The translations under genes were made by a program, and so were the position numbers. DNA of 64,000 nucleotides. It comes from Mobula hypostoma. Lineage: Eukaryota. Each line of letters opens with the position of its first letter. The stretch's first letter is position 1. The notes below the pieces were generated by a model. It did no database searches. It was not told where the DNA came from and saw only the letters and a program-made list of their open reading frames with translations. Shown here in pieces: positions 11,047 to 26,000 of the stretch. The DNA lies in assembly GCF_963921235.1 (NCBI RefSeq), contig NC_086097.1, positions 47,928,001 to 47,992,000 of the forward strand, read 5' to 3'.

Positions 11047-14000
11047 GTGAGTACGAAGCCAGCAGGCAGATTTTATACACGCGTGACACTCCGCACACCA
11101 TAAGGGATTGTATAAACTCCAATAATACTTAAGGAATTGGATAGAAAACGCTTAGAGCGGTTTGGGCGAAACAGAGACAAATGGGACTGATTCGGATATA
11201 CGTATTCACCGGCGTGGACGAGACATTGTAGGGCCCATTGTCATCGGTGTATAACTTTCTATAACACCGACCAGAACACGAGGCCATTCCGCCCTTTGAG
11301 CACGAGCAATCAAATCGCAACTGACTTTATCACAGCAGCCTTTCCCTGCCCTGTTCCCATACTCTGATATGGAATAACGTCGACTATCCCTTTGCCTCAA
11401 CAACTGCTGCTTATGTGATAGTTTCCTGTGCTGTAGATTCCAGCATCTGCATTCTACCTCTCGTCACTATCCCCATATCCCCCATTTGCTCCAGAGTCCA
11501 GAAAACTACTGGTAGTAGTTTTGAACGCACTGAAGCTGCCAAAACACGCCAGAGTTCCAAATTCATCATCCTCCGAGTGAATACATTTCTTCCCATTTTA
11601 GTTCTAAATGGTTGATCCCATATTTTGAGAGAATGATCCTGTAGTTCCGCATTGTTCCACCTACAGTTTCCTTTAGCCTGTATAAGAGTGTTGAGGCCTT
11701 TTTTTTTGTATCTTTCAGTGAGGTCACCGTTTTAGTCACCTGCATCCTAAACAACAGGGGACTTGATCTCTCCTCATTTTCTCGTGTTACTTTGCTAGGA
11801 ATCGTTCTAGTGAATGTCCATTGCACACCATCTGTGGAAAAAATCTACAGAAGTGCTCCTCCCAAGCATATATCTGCTAATAGTAAAACTTGTGTATCCT
11901 TGTACTGATAACTTTTTAGTTGAGTTTAAAAAAAACTTTTTCACAATGTGCTCTGCCGTTTGTTTTGCTGTCTATGCACTCAGCTTGTCTAAATTCCCTT
12001 GAAGCCTCTTGGGAACCTCAGCTTCATCAAATAACATAAAACCATTTAATTTGGTTACATTGGACTAATTGTTGATCAGTCCAACACTGATCCCTGTTCT
12101 GTTGCACCAGTCACAGCCTGCCCACTTAAGGGTATGCTTAACCAGCTATCTTAATGCATGTTACCCCCTCCCCCCGACCCCATCTACTGCAATCTTCTTC
12201 ACACGTCTCTGGTTTGACCGCGATTCCCTTCTGAAAATCTATGATGATCCTGGTCAATTGTATTATTTTCTATTGGCTGTGAGATCATACACTTTGTTCC
12301 AGATGCCAGCATTTTTTTTCCATCTACTGATATCAAGCTAACAAATAAAGTCCATTTTGGACAATAAGACAAAGGAGCAGAATTGGGCCTTTTGAGTCTG
12401 CTCCGCCATTCCATCATGGCTGATATATTATCCCTGTCAACCCGATTCTCCTGCCTTCTGTCTGACAAATCAGGAATTTATCAACAGCTGCTTTAAATGT
12501 ACCCAGTGAATTAATGTACCCAGTCAATTAATTCCACAGATTCACCACCCTCTAGCTAGAGAAATTCCTCTTTCTGCTCTAAATGGCCATCCCCCTATTC
12601 TGAGACTTTTCCCTCTGGTCTTGGACTCCTCCACTATAGGAAACATCCTTTCCACATCCACTCTATCTAGGTCTTTCAATGTTCAATAGGTTTTTAAGAT
12701 ACCTCTCTCATTCTTCTAGCTCCCAAGTACTGGCCCTATACCATCAAATGCTCCTCATACATTAACTCTTTCATTCCCAAATCATTCTTGTGAATCTCCT
12801 GTGGATTTTCCAATGCTAGCACATTCTCTCTTAGAAAAGGGGTCCAAAATTGCTCACAATATTCCAAGTACTGTCTGACCAATGTCATGGAACCTTAGCA
12901 TTACATCCTTGCTCTCGTAGTCTAGTCCTTTCAAAATGAATGATAGCATTGCATTTTCTTTCTATACCTGGGACTCGACCTGTCAGCTAAAGCTTTATGG
13001 AGTCCCACATGAGGACACCCAAGTTCCTTTGTGCTTCTGATTTTTGAATTTTCTCCGTATAGAGAATAGTTTGCACTTTTGTTCCTTCTACCACAATGCA
13101 TGACCAAATACTGAATGCTATATTCCATTTGTCACTTAAACTGAGTCTTTTTGCACACCTTGCTTCCTCCATGTTATTGCCCTTCACCTATCCTTGTAGT
13201 GTCTGCAGACGTGGTCAGAAAGTCATCAATTCTGTCATTCAAATCACTGAAATGTAACTCGAAAGCTGGCCCCAACACAGACTCCTGCAGAACACCACTA
13301 GTCACTGGCAGCCAACTAGAAAAGGCTCCCTCTATTCTTTCTCTTTGCCTTCTGCCAGTTAGCCAATTTTCTATCCATGGTAGTATCTTTCCTGTAATAC
13401 CATGGGCTCTTGTTTAGCAACCTCATGTGCCGCACCTTGTCAAAGGCCTTCTGAAGATCCAAGTACACAACATCCACTGATTCTCCTTTGTCCTGCCTGT
13501 TGTTTCCTCAGAATTCCAACATTTTTGTCAGGAAAGACAAAAGGAAAGGAAACCTATTGGCCTGTTTCATCCAAGTACCCTGAAATCTCGTTCTTAATAA
13601 TGGACTCCCTGAAATCAGGCTAACTGGGCTATAAATTACTTTTCTTTCTCCTCTCTACTTAGAGTGGAGTGTCATTTGCAATTTTTCAGCCCTCTGGAAC
13701 CATTTCAGTATCTAGTGTATTTTCTCCTTCCCTCTTCCTTTAAAATGTGGGATCATATTTTCTCTTCACCAATTTGGAGACCTTTCCAGAATTTATAGTA
13801 TTTGAAAGATGATTGCTAAGCATTTACTATTGCATAGCCTTCTTTCTTTTTTAATCTTTTTATTAATTTTCAAGTTCATAAACATAATAACAATAGTGAT
13901 ACAAGGAGATTGGAATTACCTTATTGTTAATAAACATATACAAAAAAAAGACTACAAATAGTACAAGTGTAATAGACTTCCAAATTCTTGATATAGTTAA

Positions 14001-17000
14001 TCCTGGAGAAAAAATAAATAAAAAGAAAAGGATATTGCAAAGAAAAACCCCAAAAAAACTAAAAAAAAGTAATGACTAAACTCAAACAAAAAAAGCAAAC
14101 AGAACAAAACAAGGCTGAACCAATATATTAGATCGAATACATTCATTAATGTCGTCAACTCTGCTCCTCTATTTGTATATTCTAAGTTAATAAAAAGGAT
14201 TCGGAAAAGGTCAGACTACATCATATGAAAATGTTGAAAAAATGGCTTCCAAGTCTCTTCAAATTTAACCGAAGGATCAAGAATGACACTTCTGATTTTT
14301 TTTCTAAATTTAAACATGATATGGTTTGGGAAAACCATTGAAATGTATTGGGGGGGGGGGGTTAGTCTCTTTCCAATTCAATAAAATAGATCTTCTGGCC
14401 ATTAGTGTAACAAATGCGATCATCCGACAGGCTGAAGAGGACAAAGATCTATGTTCCATCATTGGCAAATCAAAAATTGCTGTAATAGGATGGGGTTGTA
14501 AATCAAAACGCAAAACTGTTGAAATAATATCAAAATATCTTTCCACAATTTTTCTCAGAGAGGGCAGGACCAGAACATATGAGTCAACGAAGCCACCTCA
14601 GAATGGCTTCTGTCACAAGTAGGATTTATATGGGAGTAAAAACGAGCTAGTTTATCTTTAGACATGCGGGCCCTATGCACTACCTTAAATTGTATCAGCG
14701 TATGTTTAGCACACATAGAGGAAGGGCTAACTAATTGAAAGATTTTTTTCTCATTTCTCTATAGGTAGGCCAAGTTGAACTTTCCTTTCCCATTCATTTT
14801 TAATTTTATCAGATATACCTGGCTGTATTTTCATAATTGTATCATAAATGGTGGCTATTAATCCCTTCTGATAAGGATTTAAACCTAAAATGTCTGATAT
14901 CTAATAGTGTGTGAAATCAGAAAGGTAGGCAGTGTGGTATTTAAAAAGTTTTGTGTGTGTGTATGTATATGTATGTGTATGTATGTATGTAATTATTAGT
15001 TATCTAATCAATATAACTTGCCCAGATCATATTTTTTATATATATAAAAAAATATGATCTGGGCAAGTTATATTGATTAGATAACTGTTCAAAAGACATG
15101 AAACAGTTATTCAGAAATAAATTACGGAAACATGTTATACCCTTCATTTTCCATATCAAAAAGGCTTGATCCATAACTGAGGGTTGGAAAAAAATTAGAT
15201 ATAATAGGGCTTTAATATGAATTTGTTCAAACCAAAAAATTTACGAAATTGGAACTATATTCCTAATGTATGCTTAATTATTGGATTAACCAATTGTTTA
15301 TTCAATTTAGAAAATACAAAGGGAAGTGACGTTCCTAAAATAGCAACCAATGAAAACGCTTGTACAGAGTAACTTTTGAGGTTTACCCATTGTGGACTTG
15401 GAATTATATCCCAATCTTATGTCCAAAATATTAACTATCGAATAGTAATTGCCCAGTAATAGAATCTTAAATTTGGCATTGCTAAACCACCATCTTTCTT
15501 GGACTTCTGTAAATATCTTTTATTTAACCTGGGATTTTTATTCTGCCATATATAAGAGGAAATCTTAGAATCAATAGTATCAAAAAAAAGATTTAGGAAT
15601 AAAAATTGGTACTGCTTGAAATAAATATAAAAATTTAGGTAAAATCATTTTAATGGCGTTGATTTGGCCAATCAGTGATAGAGACAATGGGGACCATTTA
15701 GTGAGCAATTGTTTAACCTGACTAATTAACGGTGAAAAATTGAGCTTGAATAGGTCCTTATGTCTCTTAGCAATTTTAACCCCCAAATAAGTAAAATAGT
15801 AATCAATCTGAATGGGGATATTAGAGGAAGGTTTTTTGGGGATAATAGAGGAAGGTTTTTTACTCAGAGAGTGGTTGGTGCGTGGAATGCACTGCCTGAG
15901 TCAGTGGTGGAGGCAGATACACTAGTGAAGTTTAAGAGATTACTAGACAGGTATATGGAGGAATCTAAGGTGGGGGCTTATATGGGAGGCAGGGTTTGAG
16001 GGTCGGCACAACATTGTGGGCTGAAGGGCCTGTACTGTGCTGTACTATTCTATGTTCTATCTATAAATGGGAACCTGCATATTGAATGGAAAAAGTTCAC
16101 TCTTACCAAGATTAAATTTGTAACCAGAAAAACTACTAAACTGAGCATGTAAAGATAATACTGCCGGAATGGATTTCTCAGGGTTAGAAATACGTAATAG
16201 TAAATCATCTGCATATAGTGATAATTTATGTATCTCATTACCACGGGTAATACCAAATATATTAGGAGAGTCACAAATAGCAATTGCTAACGGTTCCAGG
16301 GCAATATCGAATAATAATGGACTAAGAGGGCAACCCTGCCTAGTACCACGGAATAACTGAAAAAAGGGAGACTTTGATTATTGGTAAATACCGAAGCCAA
16401 AGGAGTAAGGTATATCAATTTAATCCAAGATATAAATATTGGACTGAAATTAAATTTCTCAAGCGTATTAAACAAATATGTCCATTGGACTCTATCAAAA
16501 GCTTTCTCAGCGTCCAATGAGATGACGTACTCTGGAGTTCTAGGTAAAGAAGTATAAACAATATTCATTAATCTCCTAATATTAAAGAGTAATGATTTCT
16601 AATAAATCCAGTCTGATCAACAGAAATAATTTGAGGTAATACATTCTCCAATCTTGTTGCCAATATTTTAGAAAAAATTTTAGAATCCTCATTCAGCAAA
16701 GATATAGGCCTGTAAGATGCACATTCAGTAGGATCCTTATCTTTTTTAAGAATTGGGGAAATAGAAGCTTGATTAAAAAGATTGAGGTAATTTACCTATA
16801 GATGCTGCATCCCTAAAGGTTCTATGTAACCAAGGAGAAAGTATAGTAGAGAAGGATTTTAAAAATTCTACTGTAAAACGGTCTGGACCAGGTGCTTTAC
16901 CTGAATTCATTGAAGAAATAGCATTTTTTATTTCTTCTACCATAATAGGTACATCTAGTTTTATACGTTCATTGGGTGGTAATTTTGGAATATTCAATTT

Positions 17001-20000
17001 CTTTAAAAATTTGTGCATTAAAGTGGAGTCATCAGAAAATTCTGATTGGTATAGAGAGGTATAAAATTCTTGAAAGGATTTGTTTATCTCATCATGATCA
17101 ACCGTTAGAGTACCATCTTTTTTACGAACCTTAACAATCTGGCATTTAACCGAAGCTGATTTCAGTTGATTAGCCAGTAGTTTCCCAGTTTTATCACCAT
17201 GTATATAGAATTGACCCCTAGTTTTAATTAATTGATTTTCAATCGAAGATGATAGTAATAGACTATGTTCCATTTGAAGTTCGACTCTCTCTTTAAAAAG
17301 CTCCTGATTAGGAGTAATAGAGTATTTCTTCTTGATTTCTTTGATCTTGCCAACCAGCTTAAGTATTTCATCATTATTTCGCTTTTTCAGTCCAGCAGAA
17401 TATGAAATAATTTGTCCACAAATATATGCTTTAAAAGTGTCCCATAGTACCCCACTGGAAATTTTTACATCTCCTTGTGATGTATCAGTTTCAAGACATT
17501 TTAACTTCAACTTTTCTAGTATTTCTGTTAAACTTTTCTTTTCCTCAGTCACTCTGGGCCCTTGATTCTCTGCATTTCTAGGACTGTTCTTCAATGGCTC
17601 CTTGCATATTTCCTTGGAAGTAAGTGGATGATTACATTGATTAACCAGTGGTGCAGATGGATTGTTAGCTCTTGTATTAGGAGGAATGCTGTATAACAAG
17701 AGTTATACAGCATTTAGGGAAACTCTGTTAAACCACACCTGTTCCTGGAACAATGCTGCCCATACTAGTTAGGAATGCACAGGAACATTCCCTTCAGCAC
17801 ACATTATGCCAAACTAATTAGATTATGATTAAATGTCTAAGCACACCTATCCCTTCTGCCTTCACAATGGTCATATCCTTCAATTTCCTGCATCTTTGTG
17901 CCTACCTAAGGGCCCCTTAAATGCCTCTATTGTATTTGCCTCCACTATTGCACTTGACATTGTGCTGCAGATACCAGCCACTCCTTGTATTTAAAAAAAA
18001 ATGTATCTTACCCAATCAATCTCCTTTCATCTTGGTTTCTCACCTTAAACGTATTTCCTCTAGTATTAGACATTTCAACCCAGTGGGGGGGGGGGGTGGG
18101 ATGTACTAGCTGCCCACTCTATCTAAGCTTCTATAATTTTATAAACTTCTAACCAGTCTCAACCACTGTTTTTGGGGAAAACAACCAACGTTTTTCTAAC
18201 CTCTCCCAGTGTCCTATAATGCAGGCAGCATCCCTGTAAACCTCTGCATCAATTTCAAAGCCCCTATATCCTTAATTGAATGTAATAATATAGGGGTGGC
18301 CCAACTAGAGATTTATAAAGCTGCAATGTAATTTCTCAACTCTTAAACTTGATGCCTCAACATCACTCAAGATGGTGATATTGGCATGGGGGAATTTCGA
18401 TCTGGAACTAACCCTTCTATAGCTGTTTAAACTTAGAAGATTAATAGTGATTTGGTTGAAGTATTTAAGAAAGGAAGTGGAACTGGTAGAGTAGAAAGGC
18501 CACTCATAATTGAGGCATCTACTTGTGGAATAAGTAGGCAGTTTCCAAAAGAACTACTCCATTTTAGTACCTTCTATGCGCAATAGATGGCAGAACTTCT
18601 GAAATCTCTTTAAAAGCCAGTTGATGCCATGGTAAATGCAGATTTTAAAATCTGAGATTGATAACTTTTGTTAAACACAAATGCTGAGGAATATTGAGCA
18701 AATGCACGTGCAGAGGCTACATAGGTTAGGGAAGAGGTGACATACTGAAACCTAATTTTATACAATTTCTGCCTCATAATGTTTTGTGAGCCTTGCAAAT
18801 AATATCAAGGTGTTCCATGGTGTTCCTGAACAACTAGATAGAGTATGTTTCATTAGTTTTTACCTATAAAATATTGAAACTCTTAGTGGACATGGAGAGG
18901 ATATTTCCTATAGTGGGAGAATCTAGGACCAGAGAGCACAGCTTCAGAATAGAAGGACATCCCTTTAGAACAGATGAAGAATTTCTTTAGCCAAGGGGAT
19001 GGTGAATTTGTGGAATTATTGCCACAGCTGACTATGGAGGCCAAATGATTGGATATATTTAAAGCAGAGTTTGATAGGTTCTTGATTAGTAAAGACATTA
19101 AAGGTTATAGAACATGGAAATCTACAGCACATTACAGGCCCTTCGGCCCACAATGTTGTTACTTTGGAAACTGCCTAGAATTTCCCTACCCCATAGCCAC
19201 CGATTTAACTAAGCTCCATGTACTTGTCTAAAGGTCTCTTAAAAGACCTTATTGTATCCGCCTGTACCACTGTCGCTGGCAGTACATTCTACCACTCTGT
19301 GTGGGGAAGAACTTGGCTCTGACACCCCCCTTGTATCTACTTCTAAGCACCTTAAAACTATGCCCCCTCGTGTTAGCCATTTCAGCCCTGGGGCGGCGGG
19401 GGGGGGGAAAACCTCTGACTATCCACACGATCAATGCCTCTCATACCTCTATCAGGTCACCTCTTATCCTCCGTCACTCCAAGGAGAAAAGACCAAGTTC
19501 ACTCAACCTAATCTCATAAGGCATACTTACTCCAATCCTGGCAACATCTTTGTAAATCTCCTCTGCACTCTGTAGTATCCACTTTCTGCCTGTAGTGAGG
19601 TGAGCAGAAGGCCGAACGGGGCTGTGAGGGGTAATAAGGCAATAAAGTGATGGTCCAAAGGAACTAATTCTGCTCCAGTGTCTTTCGGTTTAATTTAGTA
19701 ATGGGTAGTTCTAGGGTGAACACAAGATATTTAAAGGAAGGCAAATATTGTCTAAAAACTGTGCAAGGTAATATCAAATGAGAAGCTATTAAAAAAAACA
19801 ATAGAAGCATAATGCAGTATTAAAATAAAATAACATACATCAAAGTTGCTGGTGAACACAGCAGGCCAAGCAGCATCTGTAGGAAGAGGTGCAGTCGACA
19901 TTTCAGGCCGAGACCCTTCGACCAGTCTCAGCCTGAAACGTCGACTGCACCTCTTCCTACAGATGCTGCTTGGCCTGCTGCGTTCACCAGCAACTTTGAT

Positions 20001-23000
20001 GTATGTTGCTTGAATTTCCAGCATCTGCAGAATTCCTGTTGTTTGCGTTAAAATAAAATAAACTAGGTGAAGCTCAACTCTTTCACAGTTTTTGTTAATC
20101 TGGTTTTGTATTCACTTGCCTAACTATTGATGAGACCCAAAACCAGGAGATGGAACAAAGCTGGAACTCGAGCTAAACCCTTGTTCAGTAAAACCACACA
20201 ACTACAAAACTACAAAAACAACTACAGAAGTCAAACTCATCCCAATGAATGACTATTTGAATGGTTTATCTAAGAGCGTTCGAGGCATTGATACGATCAA
20301 TAACCATCAGTGAAAGTCAGCCTAGAATTAGTTGTCAGCTGAGCAATAAACAATGGTGGTTTTGGTTTGCTGTAACACCTTCCTTTTGAATGTGGTTACC
20401 TGCAGGATTTGAGCCTGGGGTTGATGCGGGTTAGAACAGCTGGTGATCAGTCCTTTGTTAGTGGTCCCAGGCTGTTACTTCCTTGTCGCAATGTTGCTTA
20501 TGGCTATACTGGCACTAGTGGATGGTTCAGTCGGGGTAGATTGAACCCTTCCAGGAGGAGATAAAGGTTCAGCTCTGTCTCTGCTGATCTGCCTGATTTC
20601 AGATCTCCCTCGTGTTTGCCTGATTAACTTGTTGGGCCTTTAGGAGTAGATGGCCACAACAGGCTGATGTGGCAATACCAGCAATTTCTGTCTATGATAA
20701 ATCTGTAGAGCAATTTAACCATTCGTTTGACAATCTAACCTGGTGTCCAGGAGTCCATTACAATACTGTCTGTCCTGAAGTGCAGCTCAAGACATGAATG
20801 ACTTCACCCTTCGACCAAGATCAGAATGGTTCCTTTTGTGCACCTGTCCATCTGTCTCGGATGTTGGACACTATCAGTATTGTATCCAACACCGTGTGGA
20901 GTTTTATTCCCAAAAGCACTTTGGCTGCAGCTCCCCACAGGCTTGGATGTGGTGTAGCTCAGTATGTCAACAGAAATGTGTTGAGAGCTTCGGTTGATGC
21001 TCCTTCCCCTTTTGATTTCAGAAGTGACTGAAAGTATCCACAACCTCTCTGCTTGGCTGTTGGACTGTGGAGTGAGGGGATGTGGATAACTCTGTTCTGG
21101 GACAATGTGGCAAACTGCTGTGAACTGAATTGAGTGCCATTGTCAGAAACAAGTGTTTCTGGCATGCAAAGCAGTTGACGATCTGCTACAACTGTTGAAT
21201 AGCAGCGTCTGTCATTGTTGATTTCATAGGTAATACATCTGGCCATTTCAAATGGGTATCATTCAGGCCAAGGTCGGGACACCTGTTGACTGGATCATTC
21301 TTGTCAACATGTGCTCTACTCCATGGGCTAGTAGCCTGAAGTTCTGGCTGTGGATCGGCTCTACTCGGGTTCTTTGCTGCCACAGAGCACTGAGAATGGT
21401 GCTTGCACATGTATGTACCTTCTCTGCCTATCGTCTGAAATGTGTGCCAAGCATCTCCAAACATGTCCACAGTTGAATAATGTATTAGGTTGGTAGAAGG
21501 CTATGACCTTTTCCTCAAACTTGACTAGCCATCCTTCAATGAAGTATCGGGAAATGTGCTGAAGAAGCGGATCTGCAGCTATTTCTGCTCTGATCTTGTC
21601 AACCGTGACCAGAAGATCTTCAATGGCATCTGATACAAACTGGTGGACTTCACAATCAATTAAAATCGCTCCCCATCTCTGATCTCCACAAGGCAGCTCT
21701 CCGGACCTAGCATAGCATTGGAGCCTTTGATCGATTTCCAAACTGTATATCACAGGCTCCAACAGTTTCTGTAACACAAACAAGACAAAGAACAAGCAGA
21801 AGGCGGAAAGTAGTGACCATCATTCAATTTTACGAATAAATTTGCCAAAACTGGTAATGAGTGCTGGTGTGTCTCTAAAGCTAAATTAAGATCAGTTGAG
21901 AAGGCAGCAGATGGTCTCATAGTACCATTGGCTTTCTTGATGATCACTATTGGAGCTGCTCAATGTGAGTAGTTGACAGCTTTTTATCACACCAGCTTGC
22001 GGTACGTGATCTAGCTCTTGCTCCATGATTGGTAAGGCTGTGTATGATACCGATGTTTTGGGACAGAAGACTGGCTTTGCCTCAGGACGGAAATGGAGTT
22101 TTGCTTGCCGTTTGGTGCAGCAACCTAAACCTTGAAACATTTACTGCCTAGTGCTGTTGCTGTTGTATGGTGTCAAGTACTGATCGTAGAATGGCATGAA
22201 CTGACTTGAGCTGAATTGCCAATGTCTTCATAGAGACTTCATCTAGAGGGATGCTCCAGAGATTAAGCTTGTCTATCTAGTGAGTTTGGATCAGGCTGCT
22301 TTGTTGGGTAACACGCACAGTTCACTTAGTTACCATTCAGCTTCCCCATGAGGTTCAGTTCACCAGTCAGTAGGAGGGTTTCACCCGGTTAAACTGCACA
22401 TGGAATGATGAGTTGATTTGACTGGTGTGGACCTGAGAGCTTGCCATGTGTGTTTAGAAATGACGGTGATGTCTGATGCCATATTGAGTTGTAGTTGATA
22501 AATAAACACATTGATGTAATGCCTCCTGGGGATGAAATCAACTTTGAACATGACCATTAAATTCACTGTAGATTTTCGTGGTTTTTGAAACTTCCTGAAC
22601 TTGTATTTTACTGGCGTAGATGACAGTGGAGGATGGCAAATGCTCCCTGTGTGACCATAAAATTGGTATTTGCTGCAAGTATTTCTTGTATTGGCAGTTT
22701 CTTCCATGATGCCATGCACCACAGTTCTGGCAAGCTGTGTTTATCTGCTTGGAGATGTGCGTGATGTCTGGGCCATTAGACACTGCATTGACCCTGGTCT
22801 GTTTGACCAGGTTGGAATCGTGTTTCAGGTTGATCAAATGCTGACATTCTTGAGTGGCAGCTTGAAGAGTCATACCAGCGTCTTGCTCCCGTCTGGCCAG
22901 GAGCTGTTGCAAATGCCTGCATTGCCTGGTGCCTGAAATCCACAAATAAAAATCAGACTCTTGAACTGCGATTCAGTCATGTTACCCAGCTTGAGCTTTT

Positions 23001-26000
23001 CACACTTGTGATTGATGATACCTGAATATGTAACAAACTCATTGGCATCATGCTTAACGAGTTTTGGGCTTTGGTAGCAAACACCGAAGAGATGACTATT
23101 CTCCAAAAATGCTTGTTAGCTATCAGACAGTTCCATCACATAAGTCGCACATGTTCTTGGGCAGAATTAATTTGAAATAATGCTCGTGTACAGCTGTACA
23201 CAATTTTCAGAGCAAAATCCACGTCTTGCACAACGCAACTTGGTTGCGTTCAAACGCAACTCTCGAAGCAGCATCAAACTGAAAATTGGTATGGACGCAG
23301 CAACTGAATCATCTGAATTCTGTCCAGTGTTTGACATCAATGTCATTGGACTCACTGATAATCAAAACCTTAATGAGCAAGTTAACTTCAGCTGGGCTAC
23401 CTCAAATTGAGTTTGCCTCTGTTGTATTGTGGCTAAGCCTTGCTGAAATTGCCATGTCGATATAATACAACACTTCACAGCCAATTTTGTGTTTGCTCAC
23501 CTGTTACTAATGAAACCCAAAGCCAGGATTAGAGCAGAACCAGAACTCAAAATAAACCCTTATTCAGTAAGACCACCCAGGTTTCAACTCAAAAGTACGT
23601 ACCAAAGCAGGACTATTTAAATGGTTTATCCAAGGCCCTTGGATGTTGAGAGGAATGAGGACCAATCAATGAAAGTCAGCCTGGGATTGGTTATCAGCTA
23701 AGTCCAGTCATTGGTTGTTTCAGCTCGCCATAACAGATTTTTAGCAGAAATTGTTCATTTTTGACTCCAGGAAAAAGTTGGTTGGCATCCCATTCTCAGA
23801 ATGCAACCCATATACAGACATCCCACCTCTCCTGGAAGTTCCGGAAGTCTCCCGCATATTGATAGTGGCTCCCTGACGCCCGGAAATTATATACAATATC
23901 CCGGAAATCGATTTTTATTCCCCCCCCCCCCCGAGAGGGAGAGTGAGCATCCTGATAGGTCTACTTAGCACGAGGAGAGACCAGTCAGTTTTCTCTGTGT
24001 ATGGACTTTACAGTCGACCTCAAAAATGATGAGTTTTGTCCGCTGCACTGTTTGCAACAGTGACTTTTCTATTGCCCATGGTGGGTTAAAATGTAAAAGA
24101 CATTGAGGTGAGTTTAACAGGTGTCATTTGTTCATTAGCATAGCTGATGTTATTTAAACTAGCTGGCTAGTTGCTAAGGAGCTACTCTATTGATGTCCTA
24201 CATGATGAGGCCAAACTCCCTGTAGACTTGCTTAAAGTTGTAATAGAATAAACATGATAATATAAGTACATATTTTCATGTAACATTTTCTGCATATACC
24301 CAATTTGGTTTACAGATTAGACAAAATCACAAAATTATTACATACACCCTTGGAGGTCGACCAGGGGGTGGGGGAGAGGGGGAATATGGGGTTGCGGGGG
24401 GGGGGGGGTTGCAAGGATTCTATCTCCCTGAAATGGTGGTGCTACTTCCCTGAAATGAGTTTTTGCAGGGTGGATGTCTGTATATATAATTTAATGACAG
24501 GCAATTTAAGCAAGCCATCGAAGATTTTATTGAAAGGTGTGTTAGTTTTAATGAAGCTTTCTTTTGTTTGCCATGCTATAACCTGCCAGGGTTATATTTT
24601 TAGGGATTTGTATTCAGGATTTTCAGGATTAATTGTATAAGATGCAAAAGCTATAAAAAGCCATATCTAGTTAAGGTGGTTTAAATATAACCTCGACCTT
24701 GAAATGTTGTATGATTGTTTTCATGCATCTTAAAATTCATGTGAAATCAAAAGGTTAAATAGAGTAATTTTTGTTAGTGGGGCTTTAGAGTTATTCCAGG
24801 AACTTGCCTAATTATGTCTGGGGGCATTTGATCCTGTGCCAATCTGTTTTTGCGCATCGTTCACATTGCACATGACTGCCTCTCAGTAATGCAATGGGCC
24901 AAGTAGAGTTACAACTCCAGGTGTGTAAAATCTAATCTTCTTGTGATATACAACTAAAATTCTTATGGCCCTTTATTTCCACATCCTGGAAAAGGTTTCA
25001 CTGTTAATGTAATGGTCTCTCTCTGTACAGAAGCAGTGTTTGTGTTATGGTTAGAGATAACTGGTGCTTTGGAATGTGAGCTGTCCAATCAGGGGAGTGG
25101 GTATTTGTGCATCTGACACTGGTCTGAGGTGAAGAGAGAAGACACTGCAGAGAACTAGTAGGATTCGACCTGGTGGGGTCCTTGATTCGCTGGAGCACTA
25201 CTGAGGATCGGTGAATATGATTTTCAGAAGAGTTGACTCCAACTTATGCACATTTGACTGTTTCATTATAATGAGCCCTGTTTTTTTTTTCCCTTTACTA
25301 ACCCATAACATCCATTAAATATTTCTTCAATCATATGCAGTGTGCTATCTGTTATTTCTTGGCACAGAGATATAACAGGGTAACAAATCACACAGCATTC
25401 ATATAAACCAGGATTTGGGGTGGGAGAGCCATCCCATTCTCATGGATTTACTGGGACCGGAGTGTGTATTCCCGAGATGTACCCGTATCAAGGAAACCAG
25501 AGTTTGATCAATATTTCCTGAACACTGATCAGTTAGGCTACTTTGTATATAACTATGAAGGCAGCCTCTCCAGTTCTCCAGACTTGCTGGGTTCTTTCTC
25601 TCCTTTTTCTCTACCATTTTATTATTGTAACCTGTAAGGTGATTTGAATCAAATATGTCTCCTGGACTAGAGAAAGCAAGATTTCCCGGTGGCCACACAT
25701 TTTAATTCCACGTCCCATTCCCATTCTGATACGTCCATCCACGGCCGCCTCTACTGTCAGGATGAAGCTACACTCAGGTTGGAGGAACAGCACCTTATAT
25801 TCCGTCTGGGTAGCCTCCAACCTGATGGCATGAATATTGACTTCTCTAACTTCTGTTAATGCCCCCCTCCCCTCACACCCCATGCCTTATTTATTTAATA
25901 TATATTTCCCTCCCTTCTCTTTTTTTTCTCCTTCTGTCCCTCTCACTATAACTCCTTGCCTGCTCTCCATCCTCTGGGCTCCCCTCCCCCTTCTTTCTCC

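Larger units (their letters stand above)
13842..17500 (-). mobile_element. L1-like LINE, 5'-truncated decayed ORF2
   Basis: [72 protein letters not shown]-rich 3' end near 13842. Confidence 0.88.

Noticed and set aside
10767..11132. 121-aa ORF as a complete single-exon or bacterial-type asparaginase
   Set aside because: Homology ends at the gtgagt donor (11047); the rest is intron read-through and the gene is clearly spliced.
20120..23745. TSD and primer-binding site for the Gypsy element
   Set aside because: Flanks do not match and the PBS is too decayed; exact outer boundaries are uncertain by a few bases.
25007..25520. Possible second solo LTR (starts TGTAATGG, contains CCAAT)
   Set aside because: No convincing TSD and no second copy in the window, so boundaries cannot be supported.
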